From contig MHDC01000011.1 of assembly GCA_001803415.1 (NCBI GenBank), positions 4,642 to 68,641 of the forward strand: DNA of 64,000 nucleotides, read 5' to 3'. Position 1 is the stretch's first letter. Each line of letters starts with the position of its first letter. Positions 1-10,743 of this stretch are shown in pieces. The notes under the pieces are model-generated. The model was not told where the DNA came from. It did no database searches and saw nothing but the letters and a program-made list of their open reading frames with translations. The position numbers were made by a program, and so were the translations under genes. The DNA comes from Microgenomates group bacterium RBG_16_45_19. GTDB lineage: Bacteria > Patescibacteriota > Microgenomatia > UBA1400 > RBG-16-45-19.

Positions 1-570
1 GATAGACCAACAACCCTGATGAGCCTCGATGAAGTATTAGCAATAGTTGCATTATATAGGCCAGGTGATCTAGAGCTAAAAGTTAAAATTGATGTGAAAT
101 TTATGACGCCAGAGGCGGTAGCGGGATTAGTCAATTCCATAAATAAAAGTAACTTGTCCCCGAGTCAGATATTAGTGACGTGCGGTCCGGCCGAGTATAT
201 GTGGTCAATACGGGCAATTGATGACACGATAGGTTTTGAGTTTAATACGGTTGAACCAGTCAATTTTATGTTGTCCCATGGTTTGTATTCCCGCGAAATG
301 ATAGAGGCATTTTTGGCGTATATAGTTAGGTGGGCACCATATATGAATGCTAAGCAAGTATCTTTGATGCAAGTAGCGATGAATTATTGGGGCAGGGAAG
401 TATTTCAGAATTTGGTTAAGTTTTTACACGATCAGGGTATGGGAGTACAAATATGGACTGCGAGCACTATGGCTGAGTATGACTATGATAGACAAGTGGG
501 AGTAGATTACGTTTTAATGCATGACCCAAGTCTGATCAGTGAAGTAACCCAAAACAAAGATAAAAGTTAA
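1..570 (+). CDS. 3' fragment of a hypothetical protein, weakly glycerophosphodiester-phosphodiesterase-like; 5' end outside the window
   Basis: Reading frame is open from nt 1 (first ATG at 19). C-terminal ...VQIWTASTMAEY...VGVDYVLMHDP loosely resembles the GDPD C-terminal strand motif. Lower GC than neighbours. Confidence 0.3.
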   Translation, partial: DRPTTLMSLDEVLAIVALYRPGDLELKVKIDVKFMTPEAVAGLVNSINKSNLSPSQILVTCGPAEYMWSIRAIDDTIGFEFNTVEPVNFMLSHGLYSREMIEAFLAYIVRWAPYMNAKQVSLMQVAMNYWGREVFQNLVKFLHDQGMGVQIWTASTMAEYDYDRQVGVDYVLMHDPSLISEVTQNKDKS

Positions 571-778
571 TCTTGAAAGATCAGGATTTAAGTTCTAGAT
601 AGGTAAATGTTATGGCAAGAGTGTCCGGGGTGTTAAATCTAATATTGGGTGGTAAAATCAGTTGATAAAATAGGATTTCTTATGATTAGTCCGGATCAAA
701 GATTATTGGATAATCCATAATCGGGCAAAAATCCGGACTGATAAAGGTCAAACGGGACGATTAATGGACTAGGGGTGG

Positions 779-1156
779 ATGGGTGTCCTTGAAGGTCAGA
801 AGGAAGAATTGAAACTCACAAATTTAGAGGCAAATTTTTTTGGTGAAAGTGTACTACTGACGATGAAGTTGGGGGTGGATGGCCAGATGGAAGTGATTGG
901 CTCCGATCCAGAGACTTTGGAGAGAATAAAACAAAAAGATCCAAACAAAAAGGATGTTTATATCAGCGTCAGGGTTCCACCATCAAAATACTCCAATCGC
1001 TCCTTGGCTATTGTGGTGGGGAAGCTGGATGGAACTTGCCCGGTCATGTGGGATGACGATAACGCCAATTTATTCGCTCCAGTATGGGAAACCAAAGCCA
1101 AATTGGAAATTGAATTGCTAAAAAGGCACAACAATACTGCCCGGAGGCAAAGATAG
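779..1156 (+). CDS. hypothetical protein
   Basis: 125-aa ORF with no recognisable motif, in a low-GC block of small same-strand ORFs. Confidence 0.3.
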   Translation: MGVLEGQKEELKLTNLEANFFGESVLLTMKLGVDGQMEVIGSDPETLERIKQKDPNKKDVYISVRVPPSKYSNRSLAIVVGKLDGTCPVMWDDDNANLFAPVWETKAKLEIELLKRHNNTARRQR

Positions 1157-1218
1157 CCTTAATTACCAGTCAAACAGCCGGAAATACCTGGGACGATAAA
1201 AAACCCAGTACGGCGTCA

Positions 1219-1485
1219 GTGAAATTAAATATTAGCCAGTTGGTGGTTTACGATGAGGCTGAATTGATACCCCGGGATAATAAAACCGCGTTTGATTACG
1301 GCTTTGGAGTAGAAGACAAACTCGTTAAAGAGCACGGGCCGGATTATCGTCAGATGGTTGAGACGCTCAATCAGAGTAAGTTTCCACCTCACGGCGTTTT
1401 GGAATACTTATTGAGAGAAGCAAATCGCGACTTGGGTAGACAGCCCTACGGTCGATCTGGCTTATGCACAAGCCAGAATCGCTGA
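1219..1485 (+). CDS. hypothetical protein
   Basis: 88-aa ORF, no motif. Confidence 0.25.
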   Translation: MKLNISQLVVYDEAELIPRDNKTAFDYGFGVEDKLVKEHGPDYRQMVETLNQSKFPPHGVLEYLLREANRDLGRQPYGRSGLCTSQNR

Positions 1486-1519
1486 GGTAGTAAATTTTGA
1501 AAAATACCGGACTCCGTCA

Positions 1520-1819
1520 ATGAATAAAGCACCGGTAGATTTCCTAATGCCCCCAGTGCAACCGTCATTTGGAGAAGTGCTGATGTTGGGAGATAGTGGT
1601 CAATTGTACCGATTAATTATTCCGGTACCGGGATATGCCATGGGCAATATGGAACGGTTGGGGGTAGACCTGAACCGAGATGATAATTTTCCTTGGATAA
1701 TTGAACCGGAAAAATTGTTGCTTTTTACCATGCGGTGCAACAAGATTTGGCTGCAGAATATCCGGTTTTATCGAAAGGATAATGGATTGAGAGGGAATGT
1801 AAGTACGGGTGGGGACTGA
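1520..1819 (+). CDS. hypothetical protein
   Basis: 99-aa ORF, no motif. Confidence 0.25.
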   Translation: MNKAPVDFLMPPVQPSFGEVLMLGDSGQLYRLIIPVPGYAMGNMERLGVDLNRDDNFPWIIEPEKLLLFTMRCNKIWLQNIRFYRKDNGLRGNVSTGGD

Positions 1820-1879
1820 TAGAGGCCATGGTAGAATGAGATTAATAAAAATAATTTCTGGTTAAGGGGGTGAGGGGAG

Positions 1880-2029
1880 ATGGATTGGTTATATACGATC
1901 GTGATTATATTAGTGGTGGTGTGGTTGGCCGGATTTTTACTTAAAATTGGGGGTAAATTTGTCCACTTGATCTTAATGATTGCCTTGATTTTATTTTTAC
2001 TGCGATTATTCGGCATTAATTTGTTTTAA
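1880..2029 (+). CDS. small two-helix membrane protein, lmo0937-like
   Basis: Not in the ORF track (49 aa). ATG at 1880 preceded by AAGGGGGTGAGGGGAG; TAA at 2027. Translates MDWLYTIVIILVVVWLAGFLLKIGGKFVHLILMIALILFLLRLFGINLF, matching the small hydrophobic protein family with WLxGF and GGxxxHxLLVIA motifs. Confidence 0.4.
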   Translation: MDWLYTIVIILVVVWLAGFLLKIGGKFVHLILMIALILFLLRLFGINLF

Positions 2030-2052
2030 CGATAGGACTCAAATACTGGTCT

Positions 2053-2520
2053 ATGGCTGAGCCGGGGGAGTTAGATTTACTGAAGGACGAATATTGGATT
2101 GTGGGGTGGCCGGTGTTTGCATTGCACTCGGACCGGTTCCCTTACTTGGTTTATCGGTTGGCAGGCGGGATCTATTCATTGGTAACGGTGCCGAAAAAGA
2201 TAAAGGATAAGTTAGCCATGTTGGAATGGGTACAGATGCAAAGCTTGAAGTATAAATATCAGGCTTGTTTGGTCTTTTCGGCCAAACAGGCGTACTACTT
2301 TAACGCTCCAGGCAAAATTGAAGAGACCAGGATCCCGGCTATGGGTGGGACGATTGTCAATTGGGATAAATTGAGAAGCGGTGAGATTAAGGAAAAAGTA
2401 ATGGAGGGAAAACTCAAAGTTTATGCCACCGATAATCCGAAGAGCGAGTTGCCCAATGTCACTTCGACGGGAATGAGGATTGCTTTTGAGGGGGTGGAGC
2501 CGCTGGTAGCGGCAAATTAA
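2053..2520 (+). CDS. hypothetical protein
   Basis: 155-aa ORF, no clear motif. Confidence 0.35.
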   Translation: MAEPGELDLLKDEYWIVGWPVFALHSDRFPYLVYRLAGGIYSLVTVPKKIKDKLAMLEWVQMQSLKYKYQACLVFSAKQAYYFNAPGKIEETRIPAMGGTIVNWDKLRSGEIKEKVMEGKLKVYATDNPKSELPNVTSTGMRIAFEGVEPLVAAN

Positions 2521-2539
2521 GGTCGTGGGTTAGCAAAAT

Positions 2540-2917
2540 TTAATTGGCTTTGTCGTCCATGGGGGTCATGAGTTGGAAGTAGTTGCCGTCGGGGTCAGCT
2601 AAAGTGGCGATAGTCATCCCACTTTGGTCCTGATCCATGGAGTAGGGTTCGGCAATAACGGCGGAGGCTAGGGGTTTGAGACGTTTGAATTCACCGTTAA
2701 CATCACTGGTGGTGAAATTAAGTAAGAGGCGGTGAGAGTCACGGCTTTTACCCTTGATTTTATCGTGGGACCCAATCATGAAATAAAGACCCCCGGTTTC
2801 AAAACCGGCATAACCGTCATCCTGCCAATCCGGGTCTTTGCCGAAGACCTGAGAGTAAAAAGCGACCAGTTGTTTGAGGTTGTCGGTGTTAACCATGACC
2901 GAAGAGAAGTGCAGCAT
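2540..2917 (-). CDS. VOC / glyoxalase-bleomycin resistance family protein
   Basis: 125 aa with a glyoxalase-like fold signature (FGKDPDW...GFETGGLYFMIG...ATLADPDGNYFQL). Confidence 0.6.
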   Translation of the reverse strand: MLHFSSVMVNTDNLKQLVAFYSQVFGKDPDWQDDGYAGFETGGLYFMIGSHDKIKGKSRDSHRLLLNFTTSDVNGEFKRLKPLASAVIAEPYSMDQDQSGMTIATLADPDGNYFQLMTPMDDKAN

Positions 2918-2988
2918 AGATCTCCTAGTTATTTAGTAATAGTATTAATATAGCTGATTTTTGTGGAGATGGGGTGAAGAAATGGAGA

Positions 2989-3822
2989 TTATGTCTTTAA
3001 GCGTTTGGATTTAGGGGTATAGTTGGTAGAGGAGATGACCTTAGTACCGCGGCGCTCGATGTCGCGGCGAGCGTTACCGGCGACAGCCCCACCTTCTTGG
3101 GCGTCACGAGTCAATTTGGACATGCCCTGGGCATTTCGGTCACGGGTGAGTTGGGTAGTGGTAGCTTCGCCGAGCAGGGTGAGAATGAGTTCCAGGTCAA
3201 CCATGTGATCCCGAAGGTTTTCCCGTTTAAGACTTTTTAATTTCTTATACTGCGCCACCGTAAGACCGAAAGCCCCGGTCATGATATCGTTGGTCAAGAT
3301 GGCGTAATCTAATTGTGATTTGGCCCCACGCTCACTCCACTCCTCGGTTAAGTCTTCACGAATAGCGATACCACGCATGCGTTTTTCAATCCAGCCTGAC
3401 GGATAGCCTTTAGCTTTATATAGAGCCCGGGTGCGTTTGGTACCGAGCTCTGGATCTTCGATTTCTTGAACGCGCTCATAACCAACCCGAGCCAGCCAGC
3501 GTTTAAAAGGCTCAGCTTTGAGAGAAGGAATGGATTGGATAATGCGAAAAATACCTTCAGTGTTGGCACAATCAGTGGTGTATTTTTTACCATCAGATGC
3601 CTCTAATTTCAGTCCGTGACAAAATGTCACAACCTCACTACCCTCTTCAGTTAAACGCTGCTTAAGTTTCCGCCAGTAGGCACTGGCATCGACGCTTGCT
3701 GTCAGAGCAGCACAGATATCAACAACTGAAAACCACCATTCGTATTGGAAGATAATTCGGCGGATTTGTTTCTGGCGGAAAACGGCAATCTTGGTATCTG
3801 GAATCAAGGATGAAGGGTTCAT
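2989..3822 (-). CDS. DinD-like DNA-damage-inducible protein with a Bro-N domain
   Basis: N-terminal Bro-N-like segment (IAVFRQKQIRRI...WWFSVVDICAAL). C-terminal half aligns by eye with E. coli DinD (LKxxNLRDHMxxLELxxxLLGEATTTQLTRDRN...). Confidence 0.6.
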   Translation of the reverse strand: MNPSSLIPDTKIAVFRQKQIRRIIFQYEWWFSVVDICAALTASVDASAYWRKLKQRLTEEGSEVVTFCHGLKLEASDGKKYTTDCANTEGIFRIIQSIPSLKAEPFKRWLARVGYERVQEIEDPELGTKRTRALYKAKGYPSGWIEKRMRGIAIREDLTEEWSERGAKSQLDYAILTNDIMTGAFGLTVAQYKKLKSLKRENLRDHMVDLELILTLLGEATTTQLTRDRNAQGMSKLTRDAQEGGAVAGNARRDIERRGTKVISSTNYTPKSKRLKT

Positions 3823-3881
3823 GAGTTCAATATATCACCCGAAGGATAGACGAAACAAGATATGAATATTGATTAATAACG

Positions 3882-4211
3882 TTACTCGACAACGCGAATT
3901 AAGTTCGTGCCTAAGATTATTATAAATTCAATAAAGGCAAAGAAATACCAACCAATTATTGCCCCAAAATGATATGGCTCAGACGGCTGTCCGATTACAA
4001 TAAACAACATAGTAATTACGAGGCATGCAATAACAAAGTTAAGTATGGTTAGACTAAGTACTCGAACAAGTTTCTCCCATCGTTTAGTTTTAGACTTTGA
4101 TATGTTTATACTTAATCTGACAGATGGATATAACAGGATTAATGGCAATACCAGCGAGATGATTAGTGTGAAGATGAGATAAATAATGCTTAGAAAATCT
4201 TCTCTGTACAT
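3882..4211 (-). CDS. hypothetical small membrane protein
   Basis: Hydrophobic ORF. Start moved to the ATG at 4211 because the longer form (to 4286) would run through the groESL terminator hairpin. Confidence 0.3.
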   Translation of the reverse strand: MYREDFLSIIYLIFTLIISLVLPLILLYPSVRLSINISKSKTKRWEKLVRVLSLTILNFVIACLVITMLFIVIGQPSEPYHFGAIIGWYFFAFIEFIIILGTNLIRVVE

Positions 4212-4236
4212 GTGAATTGAGTATAGCAAATAGCAA

Positions 4237-4261
4237 CAAAAAGCCGGGGGGGAGCCCCGGC
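4237..4261 (-). terminator. rho-independent terminator downstream of groEL
   Basis: Minus-strand sense reads GCCGGGG-CTCCC-CCCCGGC followed by TTTTTG, about 65 nt after the groEL stop. Confidence 0.65.
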
Positions 4262-4324
4262 TTTGAATTAAAATATGAGAAAACACCTCTGAGGATGCCA
4301 GGCGGCAACCTCCGAGGAGTTTTT

Positions 4325-5980
<1,656 letters not shown>

Positions 5981-5991
5981 TCATTACAAGT

Positions 5992-6318
5992 TTATTTAAC
6001 AATGGCTAAGATATCTTCAAACTTTAAGAATTGATATTCGATATCTAAGATTTTGACGTCGTTGCCGCCCCACTTTTTATAGACAACGGTGGCGCCTTTG
6101 TTGACCGGAGCTTTAATCTTGGCGCCTTGTTCGGTGACCCAGTCACCGCCGACGGCTAAAACGGTGCCGTGCTGGGGTTTTTCATCGTGAGAATCGGGTA
6201 AATAGATACCGGAATCGGTTTGTTTTTGGGTGGCGCTGGGTTTAACTAGGACGTATCCCGGGAGGGGATGAAGTTGGTCAATGTTCAAAGCAGATAACTT
6301 TTTGGCCTTTTTAGCCAT
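5992..6318 (-). CDS. groS: co-chaperonin GroES
   Basis: MAKKAKKLSALNIDQLHPLPGYVLVKP... Start set at the ATG at 6318, preceded by AGGAGG (read as the complement). The ORF track's longer N-terminus was rejected. Confidence 0.95.
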   Translation of the reverse strand: MAKKAKKLSALNIDQLHPLPGYVLVKPSATQKQTDSGIYLPDSHDEKPQHGTVLAVGGDWVTEQGAKIKAPVNKGATVVYKKWGGNDVKILDIEYQFLKFEDILAIVK

Positions 6319-6406
6319 ATAAATCCTCCTAATAAATAACTTAACGGTTGAACCAGCGGCAATTAGCAACTTATGCCTGCGGTTGCTATTCTATGAAGTG
6401 GATAAA

Positions 6407-6434
6407 TAGTTGTCAAGCACCTATTGTGGGGGAG
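6407..6434. promoter_or_regulatory. degenerate CIRCE-like inverted repeat upstream of groES
   Basis: tcAAGCACct-N9-gaGTGCTAA. The right half is a perfect CIRCE half-site (GAGTGCTAA); the left half is degenerate and the spacing is one off. About 100 nt upstream of groES. Confidence 0.3.
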
Positions 6435-6464
6435 TGCTAATGGTTCGACTACGATCAGGACAGG

Positions 6465-7022
6465 TTACTTGGCTTCTTTGACGGCGGAGAGGAGTACACC
6501 TTCACAGATCAGGCCTTCGTCGTTGAATTCCTGGTTAATGGCGGCTTTGAGTTGGGCTTCTAAGGCCGGACGGTTGGCTTTGACCTGGGCTAGGGTGTAA
6601 GCCGAAACAACGTTGGCCACTCGAGAACGGGAAAAGGGGCGAACGACTTTGGAGACAAAATTATCACCGATGTTTTCCCACATTTGGGGAGCTTTATGCT
6701 TATTGATGCGAAAGAGAATCGAACCCTCAATCTCGATATTATGGTTGTCTGAGGAGGTGGCTTTGATGGGAGCGTCGCCTAAGGCTTCGCGATTTTGAAA
6801 GTCAAAGCCTTCATGGATGGTGTATTCCAGAATTTGGGCATTAAACAGTTTAGCCACTTGCCAAAAGGGGATCTTGAGGTGGAGGCCGGGACCCCAGACG
6901 TGAGGCAAAACTCCGCGGCCGCGGTCATAGACGCAGGCGACATGCCCCGGCGGGACGGAAATAAAGAAGCCGCCAACGACTTCATCCACGAAAAAGCCAA
7001 CGACTAAACGGTCTAAGTCCAT
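6465..7022 (-). CDS. SPFH/band-7 (prohibitin/HflC-like) domain protein
   Basis: SPFH-like core (HVACVYDRGRGVL...NIEIEGSILFRINKHKAPQMWENIG...VRPFSRSRVANV). Confidence 0.7.
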   Translation of the reverse strand: MDLDRLVVGFFVDEVVGGFFISVPPGHVACVYDRGRGVLPHVWGPGLHLKIPFWQVAKLFNAQILEYTIHEGFDFQNREALGDAPIKATSSDNHNIEIEGSILFRINKHKAPQMWENIGDNFVSKVVRPFSRSRVANVVSAYTLAQVKANRPALEAQLKAAINQEFNDEGLICEGVLLSAVKEAK

Positions 7023-7151
7023 AAGAAAGTGACTTTAGTTAGTATATATCATCAAAGACGGAGGTATTATACCGGCTTTTAGGCTAAAGTAAATATTATA
7101 GGTTTATTCCTAACCCCAGCCTAATCTAGTAAGATAATATCTGGAGGAAAG

Positions 7152-8393
7152 ATGCCTGAAGCAGAACCAGCCAGAGAGAAACCAGCCGTGGTGACGGCGA
7201 TTCCGACGGCTCACCCGAGCCGCTTAATCCCGATTCCTCGGCTGACGACTATTTTAGCCTGGGGGTTAATCCTGTTCTTCCTGTTTGCCTTGGGCTCCCA
7301 CATGGCCTTGCGTTTTTACGCCAGCGCCTTGTTTTTGTTCTACTCGGTGGTCAGCAGTATGTGGATCGCGGTGATGCTGCTGGGGGTGTTCCAGACGATC
7401 CTGATGGTCCCCCTCAGGGTAATTAACCTGATCAAGACAGATAATATCAAGGAATTTCAGGCGAAGATTGCCGAGATCGAGACGGAAAAAGAGCAGCAGT
7501 TTGTTTTAAAAAAGAGCGTCCACAGCGGCGAACGAGTTATCCTGTTTTACGCCGTCAATTTTGTTATTCAAGCGGTCTCGTACCTGACGATCGGGCGCCT
7601 GTTTTTGATCGACTTTTACAAAAAAGCCTTAAACCCAGACTTGTTATACCGGTTTATACCCTACCCCAATTACCCGATAAAAGGCTTGATCTACCGCTTG
7701 CCCTACCCCTGGTTTACCGAGACTTATGACTTTGGCATGAAAGCGGTCTTTTGGGTGTGGATTATTGTCTCGGTCATCCAGGCGGTGATTTATGCCGTCC
7801 GCTACGTCAGCCGCGAACGGGCTAAAAAGAAAGCACCTCAGAAGACTGAAGCCTCGATTATGACCCAAGTCAAGAAATATTCGACCGGGTACTTGGTCGT
7901 GTTTTTGGTGTTGTCATATATAGTGGTCAGGCATTTCCCGATAAACTGGCAGATTTTTTACTTTACCGGCAATGTGGCCGTACCCAACCCGCGATTTAAC
8001 CTGATCACGGCGATCGTGACCTTTATCACCATTGTGTGGCTGTCGTTGTCGAAGATTAGACTCAAGGGGCGGTTAGCCGAGGCGGCCGGGATTGATCAAG
8101 AAATCATTAACGAGACCCAAAGAGGAATGTTAAAAGACACCTTGCTGGCCGCGACGCTAGTGGGCATTGCCGCCTATCTGATTACCAACCAGATACCGAG
8201 CGCCTTTGAACTGTCGATCTTTACCTTTGAGGTGATTGCCCTGTTGTCACCCTGGACCTTGGATAAATTAATTATCAACCGGAAAAAAGCCAGAGATGAA
8301 TCAGCTAAGGGAACGAAGCAGGAGGCTGGTGGAGACGGTGGGGTTAAAGCGGTGGACCACCCGGCAAGTAATCCCCAGGCGGCGGCAAATTAA
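7152..8393 (+). CDS. polytopic membrane protein, possibly a distant YidC/Oxa1-like protein
   Basis: Several predicted TM helices. The region VFQTILMVPLRVINLIKTDNIKEFQAKIAEI is reminiscent of the YidC TM2 / coiled-coil region. Weak. Confidence 0.4.
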   Translation: MPEAEPAREKPAVVTAIPTAHPSRLIPIPRLTTILAWGLILFFLFALGSHMALRFYASALFLFYSVVSSMWIAVMLLGVFQTILMVPLRVINLIKTDNIKEFQAKIAEIETEKEQQFVLKKSVHSGERVILFYAVNFVIQAVSYLTIGRLFLIDFYKKALNPDLLYRFIPYPNYPIKGLIYRLPYPWFTETYDFGMKAVFWVWIIVSVIQAVIYAVRYVSRERAKKKAPQKTEASIMTQVKKYSTGYLVVFLVLSYIVVRHFPINWQIFYFTGNVAVPNPRFNLITAIVTFITIVWLSLSKIRLKGRLAEAAGIDQEIINETQRGMLKDTLLAATLVGIAAYLITNQIPSAFELSIFTFEVIALLSPWTLDKLIINRKKARDESAKGTKQEAGGDGGVKAVDHPASNPQAAAN

Positions 8394-8768
8394 CCGCTTG
8401 TTGGCCAAGTGAGCCGTGTGGGAGGAGACGGCGTAAAGGTCGGGCTTTAAGGCGGTCATGAAGTTAATCCAGTCTTCCTGGCGGGAAAATTGCTGGGGCA
8501 ACACAAAAGCGAGGTCAACGGCGGCTAAAGCTCGCAGTTGTTCGAGGCGGATTTTGGCCGAGTTGACGGGGCGGTGGGAACCCTTAATGCGGCGGACCCG
8601 GGCGTCAGTTTCGAGGCCGACGATGAGTTTGTCACCGGCGGCTTTGGCTTTGGTTAAGAAGCGCAAGTGTTCGAGATGAAGGAGGTCAAAGACGCCAGTG
8701 GCCAGAACGACCTTGAGGCCTTGAGAATGCCAAATAGCAAGTTGTTGGACAAGCGGTTGGAGAGACAT
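8301..8768 (-). CDS. cytidylyltransferase-like nucleotidyltransferase (RfaE domain II / TagD-like)
   Basis: GVFDLLHLEHLRFL, an (H/T)xGH nucleotidyltransferase motif. The 3' end overlaps the convergent 7152-8393 ORF by about 90 nt. Confidence 0.6.
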   Translation of the reverse strand: MSLQPLVQQLAIWHSQGLKVVLATGVFDLLHLEHLRFLTKAKAAGDKLIVGLETDARVRRIKGSHRPVNSAKIRLEQLRALAAVDLAFVLPQQFSRQEDWINFMTALKPDLYAVSSHTAHLANKRLICRRLGITCRVVHRFNPTVSTSLLLRSLS

Positions 8769-8794
8769 GTATAGTATTTTAACAGGAATGATTT

Positions 8795-8989
8795 ATGTGC
8801 TTGACGGTGCCGAGACGAGTCGAAAAGGTGGAGGGGGAGAAGGCTTTACTTCAGGATGGGCGGTGGGTCAAGAGCTTGGTGGGAAAGTTGAAGCCGGGAG
8901 AGATGGTGCTGGCGCAGGCGAACTTGGTCATAGAGAAAGTGCCAGTTAAGAGAGTAGGTGAGATGAAGGAAACCCTGCTTGAATCTTGA
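8795..8989 (+). CDS. hypC: hydrogenase maturation factor HypC/HupF family
   Basis: Starts MCLTVP (the canonical MC(L/I)x(I/V)P N-terminus). 64 aa, hydrophobic GEMVLAQANLVIEKV core. Confidence 0.7.
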   Translation: MCLTVPRRVEKVEGEKALLQDGRWVKSLVGKLKPGEMVLAQANLVIEKVPVKRVGEMKETLLES

Positions 8990-8992
8990 TAG

Positions 8993-9028
8993 ATGAATAA
9001 TGAATAATGAATGATGCATGATGAGTAA
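8993..9028. repeat. heptamer tandem repeat block
   Basis: AATGAAT AATGAAT AATGAAT GATGCAT GATGAGT upstream of the EamA-like gene. Confidence 0.65.
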
Positions 9029-9950
9029 ATCACTAAACCAGGGAATAATGTTCGCGATCGGGGCGGCGGTGATTTCGGGAGTGGCTAATTATGCCAATGG
9101 TATGGTAGTGCGGGGGATAGACCCATTAGTGCATAACGTGGTCAAGAACGGCTTGGTGGGGGTGGCCATGCTGGTGATTTTATTAGTCACGGCTGAATGG
9201 CGAACACTGGGCAAGTTAAAGCCCAAACAATGGCGAAACTTGGGGCTGGTAGCCCTGATCGGGGGCAGTATTCCCTTTTGGTTGTTTTTTACCGGGGTCA
9301 AGCAAATCGGGGGGGTGGAGGGGTCAATGATCCATAAAAGTCTGATTTTTTGGGTAGCGTTGATGGCCATACCGCTGCTTAAAGAACGAGTGGGCTTAAA
9401 AATGTGGGCGGCGATTGGATTACTGTATCTATCGAATATGGCCGCTGGGTTTACCGGTTTTAAGACTTTAGGGATAGCTCATTTGATGGTGCTTAGCGCC
9501 ACCATGTTCTGGGCGGTGGAAAACATTTTAGTCAAAAAGACTTTGACGGGAGTGCCCGTGAACGTGGTGGTGACAGCCAGGATGCTGGGTGGAGCGGTGA
9601 TACTGGCCGGAATCTTGGTGGCGTCGGGCAAGGCACCATTAGTGAGCCAGTTAACTACCAGCCAGTGGTGGATGCTGATGGGGGTAGCGTTGTTACTTTT
9701 TGGTTATGTTTCAACTTGGTATCGGGCGTTGCAGTTAGCACCGGTAACGGTGGTAGCTGGCATTTTGGTGGGAGCAACGGTGGTGACCACGATGCTGGAA
9801 GCGGTTTTGAGGACCAAGACTGTGAGCCTGGGGGCGGTGGTCCAGGGGACGATGATGATTACCGGGATCTATTTGGTGGTGACGGCCGTCAAGGATTGGA
9901 AAGCTTTGGGGGATAGGGCAACCACGTTTTGGAAGCCGAAGATTTCATGA
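9018..9950 (+). CDS. EamA/DMT-superfamily transporter-like membrane protein
   Basis: About 10 predicted TM helices with duplicated EamA-like halves. Start may be the ATG at about 9048 (preceded by AGGGAATA). Confidence 0.55.
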   Translation: MMSKSLNQGIMFAIGAAVISGVANYANGMVVRGIDPLVHNVVKNGLVGVAMLVILLVTAEWRTLGKLKPKQWRNLGLVALIGGSIPFWLFFTGVKQIGGVEGSMIHKSLIFWVALMAIPLLKERVGLKMWAAIGLLYLSNMAAGFTGFKTLGIAHLMVLSATMFWAVENILVKKTLTGVPVNVVVTARMLGGAVILAGILVASGKAPLVSQLTTSQWWMLMGVALLLFGYVSTWYRALQLAPVTVVAGILVGATVVTTMLEAVLRTKTVSLGAVVQGTMMITGIYLVVTAVKDWKALGDRATTFWKPKIS

Positions 9951-10714
9951 GTTAAAGGGCGATAGTCGGTTAAGGCAAGCCAACCGTGAGGTAAGAGACG
10001 GAAAAAATGGTAGCCGGGTAAAGCGGCCAGGATGTCTTTAAAAAAGGTACGGGTGTAAGCGTGTAAATCGTTGAATTCCAATTGAACCAGAGCAATAGCT
10101 TGGCGCCGAAGCAAATGGGCGGCACCGGTTAAGACTGGTAACTCGTTACCTTCGGTGTCGATTTTGAGCCAGTCGATGGCTTTAACCGTTTGAGATTTGG
10201 CCCAAGAGTCTAGAGTCACGGTGCTAACCGGATAGCGTTTGACTGGCTGGTGGTAAAAATCGGTAATGATTTGGCGGTGAATAGAGGCTAAGGTGGCAGT
10301 GGGTTGAGTCGGTTTGAGGGGAGCCTGGTCGGCAAAATCATAGAGAAAAGTCCGGCTGACATGATCGCTGACCGCCTGCTGATAAAGGGCAATGGTGGAA
10401 ATAGATTTAAGATGATGTTGCAGCAATTTAAAAGTCTCAGGATTGGGTTCAAAACAGTGATAATGGGCTTTAGGGAAGAAAGTCATCAATTCACGGGTGT
10501 AGCCGCCTTCATTGGCACCAACATCACAGACGACCCTGACCTGAAAGTGCTTTTGGACGTGACGCATAAGCCAGCGTTCGCCGGTAGCCAGGCTGCCTTC
10601 AGCGTTTAAGACTCCTAAACCACGGAGACTGAGGTGATGGAGCCGAGTAAAGAGAGGGGCTAAAGCTGGGCGGCAGAAAAGACGTTGGTAAAGGGTAATC
10701 AGGGAGGCTTTCAT
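9869..10714 (-). CDS. FkbM-family methyltransferase
   Basis: VVCDVGANEGGYTRELMTFFPKAHYHCFEPNPETF, a SAM-binding FkbM motif. Confidence 0.65.
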   Translation of the reverse strand: MKASLITLYQRLFCRPALAPLFTRLHHLSLRGLGVLNAEGSLATGERWLMRHVQKHFQVRVVCDVGANEGGYTRELMTFFPKAHYHCFEPNPETFKLLQHHLKSISTIALYQQAVSDHVSRTFLYDFADQAPLKPTQPTATLASIHRQIITDFYHQPVKRYPVSTVTLDSWAKSQTVKAIDWLKIDTEGNELPVLTGAAHLLRRQAIALVQLEFNDLHAYTRTFFKDILAALPGYHFFRLLPHGWLALTDYRPLTHEIFGFQNVVALSPKAFQSLTAVTTK

Positions 10715-10743
10715 CAGGCTTAGTCTAACAGAAACAGTCGGTC

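Noticed and set aside
1768-2016. 82-aa minus-strand ORF
   Set aside because: It overlaps the better-supported plus-strand 49-aa lmo0937-like membrane peptide (good RBS, conserved family pattern). The minus ORF is low-complexity with no motif.
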